Origin: an uncultured Chitinophaga sp.
GTDB lineage: Bacteria; Bacteroidota; Bacteroidia; 2-12-FULL-35-15
Direction of reading: 5' to 3'
NCBI GenBank assembly: GCA_964549315.1
Contig: CAZJUY010000006.1
Location: 45,639-109,638 of the forward strand
DNA length: 64,000 nucleotides
Part shown: piece after piece, positions 1-10,500 of the stretch
Numbering within the stretch: the stretch's first letter is position 1
How the letters are laid out: each line of letters starts with the position of its first letter
Program-made: the position numbers and the translations under genes
Notes under the pieces: model-generated
What the model was told of the DNA's origin: nothing
The model's input: only the letters and a program-made list of their open reading frames with translations
Databases searched by the model: none

Positions 1-1
1 C

Positions 2-3000
2 CCAACAGCAAGTACCTATGAAATAGGACTTAGAGGTGCTTCCAATGCTGATTTTAATAACCGCACAACTACAACTGATTGGAGTGCAACAACTGCAGGA
101 GCAGTAAACTCAGCAAACAATACATTAACTACAACCGTATTTCCCGCATCAGGACAGACATATACATGGACACCTCCATTACCTTGCTCTGGAACTCCTG
201 TAGCAGGAACAGCATCTGGTCCTGCTGCGGCTTGTTCGGGAACTAATTTTAATGTCTCTTTATCTGGTTACACAACGGGGGCAACTGGTATTGTTTTTCA
301 ATGGCAATCCTCTCCGGATGGAGTTACTTATTCAAATATCGCTGGAGCTACAAATGCTACTTCTGCAGTTAATCAAACATCCACTACATACTATCAATGT
401 ATTGTTACCTGTACTGCAAGTGGATTATCTTCCACATCTAATGCATTTCAAGTAACAATGAACCCTTTTTACAATTGTTATTGTGCAAGCAATGCAACAA
501 ATGCTGGTGACGAAGAAATTTTTAATGTAACCGTTGGGTCATTAAATAATTCTTCAACTTGTGCTACAACAGGTGGACCAGGTTCTGTTTTAAGTCTATA
601 TTCAGATTATACAACAATTGCAACTGCTCCCAATTTGGCGAAGTCAGCAAATTATACTTTCTCAATTCAAATTGGAACTTGTGGTGGAAACTTTACAAGT
701 GGTACAGCAATATTTATAGATTACAATCAAAATGGATTATTTACTGACCCAGGGGAGCAAGTATTTACAACACCTGTAGGGACAAATGGCCCACATACGG
801 TTACAGGTAATTTTACGGTTCCAATGGCTGCATTAAGTGGCACAACCAGAATGCGTGTTATTAATGCAGAAGGCTTTGCAGGTGCAGGAATTACTCCTTG
901 TTTAGTTTATGGTTATGGTGAAACTGAAGATTATTTAGTAAATATTGTTCCATTGCCACCTAATCCTCCTACACCGGTTCAAGACCCAAGCATCCCTACT
1001 TGTGCTAGTGGAACAGATTTAACAGTCCCTGGCTCTCCAGCCCCTGGTGACGCATGGTATTGGCAAACAACTGCAATGGGAACAAGCACAGCTAATGCTG
1101 TTTCTGGACCGTACACTGTATTTTTAAATGGAACATATTATGTAAGAACGTACAATGCTGCAAATATGATTTGGTCTGCTGGTTCTGATTCTGTTGTGGT
1201 TTCAAATATTCCTTTGGCACCATTGCCACCTTCACCAACTGCTGCTGCAAGTCCTGCTTGTACAAGTACTACAATTTCGGTTGTTGCACCTCCTTCTGGT
1301 GTGGGTTATTTTTGGCAAGGAACAACTGTTAACGGAACAAGTACTACACAAAATGCAACGAGTCCATATACCGTAAATGCAAGTGGAACGTATTATGTTT
1401 CTGCTTATGATTCTACTTCATCTTGTTGGTCGAACACAAATGGAGTAGCAGTTCAAATAGATACATTTATTCCACAAGCACCTGTAAGTTCTGGAAATGT
1501 TACAATATGTGCTGGTGCATCTTCTGCAATGATTGCTGCAACTGTTGCTTCATCAGGATCACAAACAGTTAGTTTTGGAACAAATTTAATTTCAACAGGT
1601 ACAGTTCCTGCTGTTTTTAATGCTACAATTCCAGCATTACCTGCAGGAGCTACTATTACAGGAACTCAATTGGAAATATTGGGTGCTACTGCTTTAGGTG
1701 GTTCATACAGAAGCGAAATTCGTGTTGCATTGTCAGGAGTTATTACTTTGCCTGCCACACAAATTTCTCCTTTAGCATCAGCAGGATTAATTACACCAGA
1801 CCCAGTTATTACAGTTGCTAATCCTCCAATAGGCGGTGGTGCTGTTACATTAACATTAACGGAAACATTTGATGATGGAGGTAATGATGCTTCATTTAAC
1901 GAAATAAGATTAATAATTAACTATACATTACCTACAACAACTATCAATTGGTACAATGCTTCAACAGCTGGAGTTATGCAAGGTTCAGGTTCTCCATTCC
2001 AAACAGTTGGAACAACATTGTTACCAAACACAAATACTGCAGGAACATATACGTTTTATGCCGAAGCAGTTTCTGGAGCATGTGCAAGTACAACTCGTTC
2101 AAATGTGGACGTGATTATTAATCCATTACCAGTAATGACATTAAACGATACTGCAGTTTGTACAGGTTCTACCTATACACTTGATGCACAAAATGCAGGA
2201 AGTACTTATCTGTGGAATACTACCGAAACAACTCAAACAATTGTTGTTTCAACAGGAGGAGCTTATTCTGTAGATATTACAACAGCATTAGGTTGTACCG
2301 CAACTGACAATATGAATTTAATTTTAAATTCATTACCAATTGTAAACTTAGGTGCTGATGTTGCTTTTTGTGATGGCGATAACATTACACTTGATGCAGG
2401 AAATACTGGAATGGATTTTTTATGGAATGATACAGCCGCATCTACAACACAAACAATAACAGTTACAACGGGTGCAACTTATTCGGTATTGGTAACAAAC
2501 CCAAGTACGGGTTGTTCAAATACAGATGATATAATTGTAACAGTAAATCCAAATCCAGTTCAAAATTTAGGAGCTGATTCTGCACAATGTGCTGGAACAA
2601 TTACCTTGGATGCAGGTTCAGGAAATTATAATTACATGTGGAACGATGCTTCTACATCACAAACATTAATTGCATCTGCAACTGGAACGTATTCTGTTAT
2701 GGTAGTAGATAGTATTACCGGATGTTATCAGGCAGATTCTATAAACGTTACTATCAATTCATTGCCAGTAGTTGATTTAGGACTTGATTCAATCCAATGT
2801 GGTGGAACAATTGTTTTAGATGCTGGTAATACAGGTTCTACTTATTTATGGAGCGATGCATCGGCAAGTCAAACACTTTCTGCTACATCCACAGGAACCT
2901 ATGCTGTAACAGTAACTGACGTGAATTCATGTTCAGCTTCTGATACAATTGACATCACAATTAATAATTTACCTACACCAAATTTAGGTGCAGATTCTTC

Positions 3001-3892
3001 TTCTTGCGGAGGAAGTATTACACTTGATGCTGGAAATTCAGGAATGGATTATTTGTGGAACAACAGTTCAACAAGTCAAACCATTACCGTATTTATTACA
3101 GGAACTTATTCTGTAATGGTTACTGATTTGTCAACTGGATGTCAAGCAGCAGATACAGTTAATTTAACAATTGGAAGTATTCCTGTTGTGAATATTGGGA
3201 ATGATAGTACACAATGCGGAGGTGTAATTACATTAAATGCTCAAAATGCTGGTGCTACTTATTTATGGAGTACTTCAGCAAGTACACAAACTATAACAGT
3301 TAGTACAAGTGGTACATACAATGTAACAGTTACAAATTCCGATGGATGTTCTGCAAGCGATACAGTAATGCTAACAATTAATCCTTTACCTGGTGTTGGA
3401 TTAATTCCATTTAGCAGCCCGGTTTGTAATGATTTAACATCATTTATTTTAACAAACGGAACACCTTCCGGTGGAGTATATAGCGGACCTACAGTTGTAG
3501 GAAATGTGTTTAATCCACAGGCAGCAGGTGTTGGCTCGCATACTATTACATATACAATTACTGATGGTAATGGATGTTCTAATTCATCTTCACAAAATAT
3601 AATGGTAAACAATTGTATAGGAATAATTGAAAGTAGCAATACTTATTTTGTAAATGTATATCCAAACCCAACACAAGGTACATTTACATTAGCTATTGAT
3701 AATGCTTCAATTGATGAGTTGTTAATTTCAATAGTAGATATGCAAGGGAAAGAAGTATTTGCTGTTCGCGAAAAAAATATTGCAACAGAGTACAAAAAAC
3801 AAATTGATTTATCTGATGTTTCAAAAGGAATTTACTTTATTAAATTAAGTACAGGTTCCGATGTTAAAGTTCAGAAATTAATTATTCAATAA
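2..3892 (+). CDS. Large secreted cell-surface repeat protein, T9SS cargo with a type-A (Por_Secre_tail) C-terminal sorting domain. The 5' end is partial: the frame is open from the window edge and the tracked Met at 458 is internal.
   Basis: The frame containing 458..3892 is open back to nt 2 with the same Thr/Ser/Gly-rich composition. The C-terminus 'VNVYPNPTQGTFTLAIDN...GIYFIKLSTGSDVKVQKLIIQ' is a typical Por secretion tail. There are 6-7 tandem ~70-aa repeats, each with two conserved Cys ('LPxxNLGAD..C.G..TLDAGN.G..YLWN..ST.QTITV...GTYSV.VT....C...D...VTIN', nt ~2120-3400), and two ~85-aa repeats (nt ~950-1460). Confidence 0.8.
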   Translation, partial: PTASTYEIGLRGASNADFNNRTTTTDWSATTAGAVNSANNTLTTTVFPASGQTYTWTPPLPCSGTPVAGTASGPAAACSGTNFNVSLSGYTTGATGIVFQWQSSPDGVTYSNIAGATNATSAVNQTSTTYYQCIVTCTASGLSSTSNAFQVTMNPFYNCYCASNATNAGDEEIFNVTVGSLNNSSTCATTGGPGSVLSLYSDYTTIATAPNLAKSANYTFSIQIGTCGGNFTSGTAIFIDYNQNGLFTDPGEQVFTTPVGTNGPHTVTGNFTVPMAALSGTTRMRVINAEGFAGAGITPCLVYGYGETEDYLVNIVPLPPNPPTPVQDPSIPTCASGTDLTVPGSPAPGDAWYWQTTAMGTSTANAVSGPYTVFLNGTYYVRTYNAANMIWSAGSDSVVVSNIPLAPLPPSPTAAASPACTSTTISVVAPPSGVGYFWQGTTVNGTSTTQNATSPYTVNASGTYYVSAYDSTSSCWSNTNGVAVQIDTFIPQAPVSSGNVTICAGASSAMIAATVASSGSQTVSFGTNLISTGTVPAVFNATIPALPAGATITGTQLEILGATALGGSYRSEIRVALSGVITLPATQISPLASAGLITPDPVITVANPPIGGGAVTLTLTETFDDGGNDASFNEIRLIINYTLPTTTINWYNASTAGVMQGSGSPFQTVGTTLLPNTNTAGTYTFYAEAVSGACASTTRSNVDVIINPLPVMTLNDTAVCTGSTYTLDAQNAGSTYLWNTTETTQTIVVSTGGAYSVDITTALGCTATDNMNLILNSLPIVNLGADVAFCDGDNITLDAGNTGMDFLWNDTAASTTQTITVTTGATYSVLVTNPSTGCSNTDDIIVTVNPNPVQNLGADSAQCAGTITLDAGSGNYNYMWNDASTSQTLIASATGTYSVMVVDSITGCYQADSINVTINSLPVVDLGLDSIQCGGTIVLDAGNTGSTYLWSDASASQTLSATSTGTYAVTVTDVNSCSASDTIDITINNLPTPNLGADSSSCGGSITLDAGNSGMDYLWNNSSTSQTITVFITGTYSVMVTDLSTGCQAADTVNLTIGSIPVVNIGNDSTQCGGVITLNAQNAGATYLWSTSASTQTITVSTSGTYNVTVTNSDGCSASDTVMLTINPLPGVGLIPFSSPVCNDLTSFILTNGTPSGGVYSGPTVVGNVFNPQAAGVGSHTITYTITDGNGCSNSSSQNIMVNNCIGIIESSNTYFVNVYPNPTQGTFTLAIDNASIDELLISIVDMQGKEVFAVREKNIATEYKKQIDLSDVSKGIYFIKLSTGSDVKVQKLIIQ

Positions 3893-3911
3893 AATTTAAT
3901 TAGTATAAAGT

Positions 3912-3944
3912 AAAACGCCTCAGAATTTCTGAGGCGTTTTTTGC
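3912..3944. terminator. Rho-independent bidirectional terminator between convergent genes
   Basis: Perfect dyad 'aaaacgcctcagaa / ttctgaggcgtttt' followed by a T-run (ttttttgc). It lies between the stop at 3892 (+) and the stop at 3964 (-). Confidence 0.8.
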
Positions 3945-3963
3945 TTTTAATGATAGTGTTTTA

Positions 3964-5922
3964 TCACTTCTGCTGTTCAGCAAAAGTAGAAATAGCAATA
4001 ATCTGGATTTTTCGTTCTAGAGCAGCCGCAGGGCTGTAAACAGAGTTTTTAGTGTCGTAATAATCATCACTCACATTTGGTCTTGCTTTTAATTCTCCTA
4101 TTTCTTCTTCAAAAAAAGTAATACTTCCTTCTGCCGTATTTGAGTTGTTTACATATTTTACCAATATGCCATTTTCATATTCCATAAAATAATTTTTTAA
4201 GCTCGAAATTCTTCGTTTAGCTAAATTCACATTGTAATCGGTAGAAGCAAGTGGGCTACAATAGCCTTTCATGGTAATAGTTACTTTTTCATTGTTTTTT
4301 AAAACTTTTACAAGCAGTTGAGCAAAACGTTCAAGGTCTTGCATTCCTGCATCCACACTATCATCAAACAATGCATCAATATCATTTATGGCGCGCTCAT
4401 AATCTTTTTCTTTTGCGCCTTTACTATATTCTTTTTTATACTGCTCACGCATCACCGAATAATCTTCGTATGTTTTTTTGTAATTCTTTTTGGTGCTTGT
4501 TGCTAAAGTTTTTTTATCAGGCTCATCATTATGGAAATAAAGCGTAAGCGGAACCAACACTTTCATTTGTGTTATAAATATTTGTGTGCTATCCACTTTT
4601 TTTGGTGTTTCTTCAATCTTCGGAATTTTAAACATATAAATATCATTACAGCAAGATTCTTTTTCTTCGAAATAAGAACCCAAACGATTAGATGAAATAA
4701 ATGCTTGTGTTTTTTTTGAGTTGATGCTAAAATAAATATCGTTGTAATTGCTGTTTATGGGTAGTCCTAAATTTTTGGGGTCTTCAAACGTGCTTTCTTT
4801 GTAAGCACTTTTAAAAATATCAAAACCACCTAATCCTTTATGCCATGTACTGCTAAAAAATAATTCGTTACAAGGTGTACAATAAAAAGGGGTTATTTCA
4901 TCTTCAATAGAATTTACTTTTTTTCCCGCATTAACAGGCTTTCCATAACTGCCATCTTTATTAATTTTACTATACCAAATATCCATTTGTCCTTCTCCTC
5001 CTGGTCGGTTCGAAGAGAAAAATAAAACTTCATCATCACCCAAAAAACCTGTTGCGGGTTGTGTATTGGTATACCCTTTTGCATTTATATCATCTGGTAA
5101 TTTTTTAAGCGTTAGCCAATGTCCGTCTTTGTATTCGGACGAATAAATTTCACAATTAAACTCCTGCGCATTTTTTTGTTGGCATCGGCTGATATATACT
5201 TTTGTATAATCACTGTTAAAAGCAGTGTTGGCAGTATGAATACCTTGTTGGTTAAAAAGTGTATCCAACTCTTTTGATTTTTGCCATTTAATTGAATCCT
5301 GAATGGAAGTATATATTTTGTTATAATTAACATTGTTTTTTTTATCTCTGTCTTTTGCATCACGTAAGGAAGAGAAGTAGAGTAGGCTATCCACCTGCAT
5401 GGGCGCATATTCCGAAACTTTACTATTTACTGTGCTATCTAAATGAATAACGGTGATTGATTTGTCGGGAGTACTTGTTAATATTTGCGCTAAATCACAA
5501 GCAGCTACTTCTTGCAATGCTTTTTTTACAAAATAACTGTCTTTCTTTTTTTTGTTTTTCTTTGCGTACTTATCAAACATTTTTTTTGCATCCTTGTACT
5601 TGCCTTTGTTTTTTTTGATTGATGCTAACCAAAACACACATTCAGGATACAACTTTCCGCTTGGGTCTTTTTTATAAACTTTGCTATACCAATGGTCGGC
5701 AATGTCAAAATCGTAATTTAATCTGCTTGCATCAGCATATTTGTATTGCAATGTAACATCCGATGAATCCTGTAAAATAGCTTGGTTATAATAGATAGAT
5801 GCGCTAAAAAAATTGTTTTCAGCAAAGGCTTTATCTCCGTCTTCAATCAGCTGTTTATACTTCTGAGCTTTTGAAAACAAACTAGTAAGGAGGAATAAAA
5901 AGAAAATTGTTTTTCTCAACAT
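3964..5922 (-). CDS. OmpA-family envelope protein with an N-terminal TPR-like region and TolB-like (PD40/WD40-like) beta-propeller repeats
   Basis: Signal peptide MLRKTIFFLFLLTSLFSKAQ. PD40-like motifs 'LLYFSSLRD', 'VLFFSSNRPGGEGQMDIWYS', 'ELFFSSTWHKGLGGFDIFKS'. C-terminal OmpA-like peptidoglycan-binding motif 'MKGYCSPLASTDYNVNLAKRRISSLKNYF'. Confidence 0.75.
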   Translation of the reverse strand: MLRKTIFFLFLLTSLFSKAQKYKQLIEDGDKAFAENNFFSASIYYNQAILQDSSDVTLQYKYADASRLNYDFDIADHWYSKVYKKDPSGKLYPECVFWLASIKKNKGKYKDAKKMFDKYAKKNKKKKDSYFVKKALQEVAACDLAQILTSTPDKSITVIHLDSTVNSKVSEYAPMQVDSLLYFSSLRDAKDRDKKNNVNYNKIYTSIQDSIKWQKSKELDTLFNQQGIHTANTAFNSDYTKVYISRCQQKNAQEFNCEIYSSEYKDGHWLTLKKLPDDINAKGYTNTQPATGFLGDDEVLFFSSNRPGGEGQMDIWYSKINKDGSYGKPVNAGKKVNSIEDEITPFYCTPCNELFFSSTWHKGLGGFDIFKSAYKESTFEDPKNLGLPINSNYNDIYFSINSKKTQAFISSNRLGSYFEEKESCCNDIYMFKIPKIEETPKKVDSTQIFITQMKVLVPLTLYFHNDEPDKKTLATSTKKNYKKTYEDYSVMREQYKKEYSKGAKEKDYERAINDIDALFDDSVDAGMQDLERFAQLLVKVLKNNEKVTITMKGYCSPLASTDYNVNLAKRRISSLKNYFMEYENGILVKYVNNSNTAEGSITFFEEEIGELKARPNVSDDYYDTKNSVYSPAAALERKIQIIAISTFAEQQK

Positions 5923-5959
5923 ATATCAAAAATATAGCTTTTAAAATTAGAACACAATT

Positions 5960-7504
5960 TTATTTTTTAAGACGATTGATTGTTTTTGATATGTATATTT
6001 CTGTTGGCATTAATGAATGCTGAATACGTTTTGCATATTTAATACTATCAATAATTTCTCTCTGTTTTTCTTCTATTATTTCTTTTTGAAGAGTTATTTC
6101 AAGATTTGCTTTTTTCTTTTCTCTAAATCTTTTGTAGGATAAAAATGCTAAGCCTATAAGCAATAGTATTCCTCCAATCATTGCATATGTAATTATGTTT
6201 TGGCGAGCAATACGTTCGTTTTTTACTTCTTGGTCTTTTGTCAATAATTCTATTTCTTTTTGTTTTTTCTCACTTTCGTATTGTGTTTCAAGTTCATTCA
6301 ATTGTTTTGAATTTGTTTCATTTAACAACGAGTCTTTAGTTGCCATATATTCATTCACATATTCATAAGCTTTTTCAAAATTTTTCATTTTAGCATAGGT
6401 TTGCGAAAGAGCCAAATAAGAATTTTTTAATTCCTCTTTTATATCTAACTCTTTTGATAGTTTTAATGAGTTCAATTGATATTCAAGTGCTTTTTTGTAA
6501 TCTCCTTTTTCTGAATAAGCAGAACCTACACTATAATCAATATTTGCAATTGTCTGTTTGTTGCCAATTTCTTCGGCAATTTTTCTTGATTTTAAATAAT
6601 ACTCAATTGATAAATCAAATTGTTTGTATTCGTAAAATATATTTGCCAATATAGAATAAGAGTACTGCAAGCCACCAACATCTCCAATTTCATTTTGAAT
6701 GGCAATAGCTTTATTCACAGCTTCTGAAGCTTCGGTGTGTTTTTTTAGTTGGTTCAATGCACTTGATTCTAAAATATAAGTGGTAGCAACACCACTTTTG
6801 TCATTTAGTTCTGTACGAATGGTTCTGCATTTTTTAGCATATTCTATGGCTTGTAAATGTTTTCCTTGCATATAAAAAGCTCTACCAATATTATAGTATG
6901 CCATGTTGATCCCATAATTGTCTTTTGCTTTTTCAAATACTTTCAAAGATTTAAATAAATACTCTGAAGACAATTTGTAATCCCCTTTCATATTGTAGGT
7001 ATTTCCCAAATTTTGATAAGAGGTTGCAATACTTTTTTCATTGTTTAATTTTTTGCTATACTCTAAACTCATTTCTTGATAATAAATAGCCGAATCAAAC
7101 ATTGCTAGTCCATTAAAAGCACTACCAATATTTCCCGAAGAACTAGCCATTCCTTTTAAGAAGTTTACTTCGGTATAGCCACTAAGAGTTTTCATAAAAT
7201 ATTGCCGAGCATTAGCAAAATCTTGTTTTAAATAGTAATAAACCCCAATAACATTATTTGCTGCAGCTTCAGTTGTTTTGTAATTTGATTTGATGGAGAG
7301 AGCTAAAGCTTCTTCTGCTAGTTTTTTTGATTTTTCTGGGTCAGAAAATTTTATTTCAAACCCAATTTGTGCCAATAAGCTTGCTCGGGTTGTGTCATGT
7401 TTTGCTTTTGGAAGAAGCGCTTCCAAACTATCTACTTTTGAAGTTTGAGAAAATAGTGATTGAATTATTATGCAAAAAAATAATGTGGTTGCCTTAAATT
7501 TCAT
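5960..7504 (-). CDS. TPR-repeat membrane protein. It is the short paralog of the TPR-PP2C sensors: TPR array, then coiled coil/TM, then the juxtamembrane 'YAKRIQ.SL.P' motif, with no phosphatase domain.
   Basis: Signal/TM at the N-terminus, then ~9 TPR-like repeats (NxGxxY patterns). There is a coiled-coil 'LNELETQYESEKKQKEIELLTKDQE' and a TM 'IITYAMIGGILLLIGLAFLSY'. The protein ends 'IIDSIKYAKRIQHSLMPTEIYISKTINRLKK*', 37 bp from the next gene. Confidence 0.75.
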   Translation of the reverse strand: MKFKATTLFFCIIIQSLFSQTSKVDSLEALLPKAKHDTTRASLLAQIGFEIKFSDPEKSKKLAEEALALSIKSNYKTTEAAANNVIGVYYYLKQDFANARQYFMKTLSGYTEVNFLKGMASSSGNIGSAFNGLAMFDSAIYYQEMSLEYSKKLNNEKSIATSYQNLGNTYNMKGDYKLSSEYLFKSLKVFEKAKDNYGINMAYYNIGRAFYMQGKHLQAIEYAKKCRTIRTELNDKSGVATTYILESSALNQLKKHTEASEAVNKAIAIQNEIGDVGGLQYSYSILANIFYEYKQFDLSIEYYLKSRKIAEEIGNKQTIANIDYSVGSAYSEKGDYKKALEYQLNSLKLSKELDIKEELKNSYLALSQTYAKMKNFEKAYEYVNEYMATKDSLLNETNSKQLNELETQYESEKKQKEIELLTKDQEVKNERIARQNIITYAMIGGILLLIGLAFLSYKRFREKKKANLEITLQKEIIEEKQREIIDSIKYAKRIQHSLMPTEIYISKTINRLKK

Positions 7505-7582
7505 AATAGTAGTATTGGTATATCAAAAATAGAAAATCTCAACGAATATTCGTTGAGATTTTCACACTTGGTTCTTACTTAT

Positions 7583-10500
7583 TTATTCACCTTTTAATAA
7601 TGTTACATGTCCTGTGTAATCATGATTTCTGTTTCTGAAATCTTTTACGTTAATTTTATAAACGTAAACTCCTGTTTGTGAGATTTCACTTCCACCATTT
7701 GCTGTTCCATTCCAACCTTGGTAGATATTATCCGTTTCAAAAATTAATTCTCCCCAACGGTTAAATATCATCATTTTAAATTCGTTTATTTCGGCACCTT
7801 TTGCAGTAAAATAATCATTGTGTCCATTTCCATCAGGTGTAAATGCATTAGGGATATAAAGTGTAAATTCTGGTTTTATCTCTACTGGAATAGCAATTGA
7901 GTCTCTACATCCATCAGGACTTATTGTAATTAGAGTTACTAGGTACTCGCCTTTATCAGCATAAGTGTGCTGCGGATTTATTTGAGTAGATGTTCCTCCA
8001 TCACCAAAACTCCAAGTATGTGATGCATAATTGATAGAGTTATTTACAAATTTGTAAATCGGACTTATAGTAGTTCCATCCATCGCTTCGGCAGTAAACA
8101 ATGCTTTTGAAGGAGTGTAAACTACTACAGTTGCTGTTGTGTTTGCAGTATTCACACATCCAAATGGGGAAGTTACAGCTACAGTAATATTGTAAATCCC
8201 ACTTTGTCCGTAGGTATGTTGCGGACTCGTTTGATAAGAAGTTGTACCATCACCAAAATTCCAATTGTATTGAGCTCCATTATTAGTTGTAGAATTATCT
8301 ACAAAGGTTAAATTCACTTCACCACAATCAACTGCTGAAGCAGGTGTCAAACTTATAACTGGCAATGGATTTACTATCACTGGAACTGTTCCAGTAATTG
8401 AATTATTACATGCATCTGTTACCGTTACAATGTAGTTTGTTGTATTTGTAGGAGATACTGTAAATGGTCCATTTCCTGAACCTAATCCATTACTCCAAAC
8501 TACTGTTACGGGGCCAGTATTTCCTGAAACAGTTGAAGAAATAATCGCACTATTTCCTACACAAATTGATGATGAAGGAGAAATCGTTAAATTGGCTGCA
8601 GTTAAAGATGTAACGTTTATAGAAACACTTGCCATATTACCTGTACATCCGTTCGCATCGGTTACACTTACATTATAAACGGTTGGTGATGTAGGAGACA
8701 CATTTTGTGATGCTCCTATCATTGAGCCATTCCAGATGTAAATGTATCCACCATTACCACCAGTTGCATTTGCATTTATAGTTGTTGATTGCCCAGAACA
8801 AATAGTGGTTGTTCCTGCGGCAATTAAACTAATAGGTGCTGGTTGTGTAACACTCACACTTGATGTTGCAGTACATCCATTATTATCTGTTACTGTAATA
8901 TTATATGTTCCAGAACATAATCCGTTTGCACTAGCACTTGTTCCACCAGTTGGTAACCATTGATAAGAATATGTTGGTGAACCGCCACTTGGGATTACCA
9001 CTGCCTGTCCATTACAAGCGCCATTGCATGTTGCTGGGAAGCCTGCTGTTGCCAATGTAATAGGTGTAGGTTGTGTAATATTAATATTTGAAGTAGAAAC
9101 ACAACCATTTGCATCTGTTACAGTTGCAATATAATTTCCAACAGATAATCCATTTATTGTTTGCGTGTTTTGTATTGGTGATGTGTTCCATGAATAAGTA
9201 TAAGGGCCAACTCCTCCAGATGCACCCACTGTTGCTTGTCCATTATTTAAACCATTGCAAGTAATATTATTTACCACCATGGCATTACTTATAAGGGCAG
9301 TAGGTTCTGTGATAATAAAACTTTGAGTGATTGAACATCCATTGTTATCAGTTACTATAACAGATATACTTCCTGCATACAAGTTTGTTGCAGTTGATGT
9401 AGTTTGTGTAGGGGTTGAATTCCAAACATAAGAATAGGGCGCTGTTCCTCCTGAAGGTAAAATTGTTGCAGATCCATTATTTGATCCATTACAAGTTACA
9501 TTGGTTTGGTTGGATGTATATGCTAATGCAGTTGCAGGTTGTGTAATTGTTACACTTGAACTTGTAACACAACCATTTGCTGTGGTAACAGATACATTAT
9601 ATGTCCCTGCTGCTAAATTATTTATTGTGGCAGTGGTTGCTCCGTTGCTCCATAAGTAGGTATATGGTGGCTGACCACCATTTGCATTTACCGTTGCACT
9701 TCCATTATTCCCTCCATAACAACCTACGTTTGTAGAACTCATGTTCACATTTCCAGGAGCAGCTCCGCTTCCAACGGTAACATTTGCCGTACTTGAACAA
9801 CCTCCTGCACCGGTTACAGTTACTCCATAAGTTCCTGCACTCAATCCATTGTGTGTTGGATTACTTCCTCCAACCGACCATGAATATGTAAAAGGTCCTG
9901 TTCCACTTACAACAGAAACTGTAGCCGTGCCATTTGATGCTCCACAGTTTGCATTTGTAGAGGAAGTGTTTAATACAATTCCAGTAACGCTTATGCAAAA
10001 TGAATAAGATTGTGTTCCATTGTATGGACAGTTGTTATCTTGAACAGTAACAGTAAAACAGTTAGATGCATTTCCAATATTTGCTTGGGTTGGAGTCCAG
10101 CTAAAAGTTCCTGTTGGTCTTGAGCCACCACTTGATGTAAATGTTGCACCACTAATTCCACTGTTCCATGTGATGGTTACGTTTTGTGATGCATCAGCAT
10201 CAAAAGTTGGAATGTTAAAATTAATTGGAACACCTGCACAAGCAGTTAAGGAATAAACTCCTGTGTTATTAATACCATTCACATAAGGGTTGTTGTTTGT
10301 ACAAGTGATTGTACGCAATTGAATGTCTCTCATCACACTGCCAACTAAAACTTCATTACGATATTCTTGTACTAAAATGGTAAATACTGTTACTTGTAAT
10401 GCAGTTGGCGTCATACACATGTCTCCAGTTAAGTTATTAAACGTAACTGCTGGAGATGATAATAATGGTTGTTGTGCTGAGTAAGGTGCGTTATAAGTTA

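Noticed and set aside
252-3639. Small ORFs nested inside the large T9SS cargo gene (252..455, 559..747, 1194..1376, 3259..3639 minus)
   Set aside because: All lie within or antisense to the long uninterrupted frame 2..3892, which has coherent repeat structure and a T9SS C-terminal domain. They are spurious alternative-frame ORFs.
5960-7504. The short TPR-TM proteins (this one and 16635..17909) considered as frameshifted pseudogenes of TPR-PP2C sensors
   Set aside because: Only 18-37 bp separate each stop from the next gene, so no out-of-frame PP2C remnant can exist. Both end with a similar conserved tail (NRLK/NRLKK). They look like intact short paralogs.
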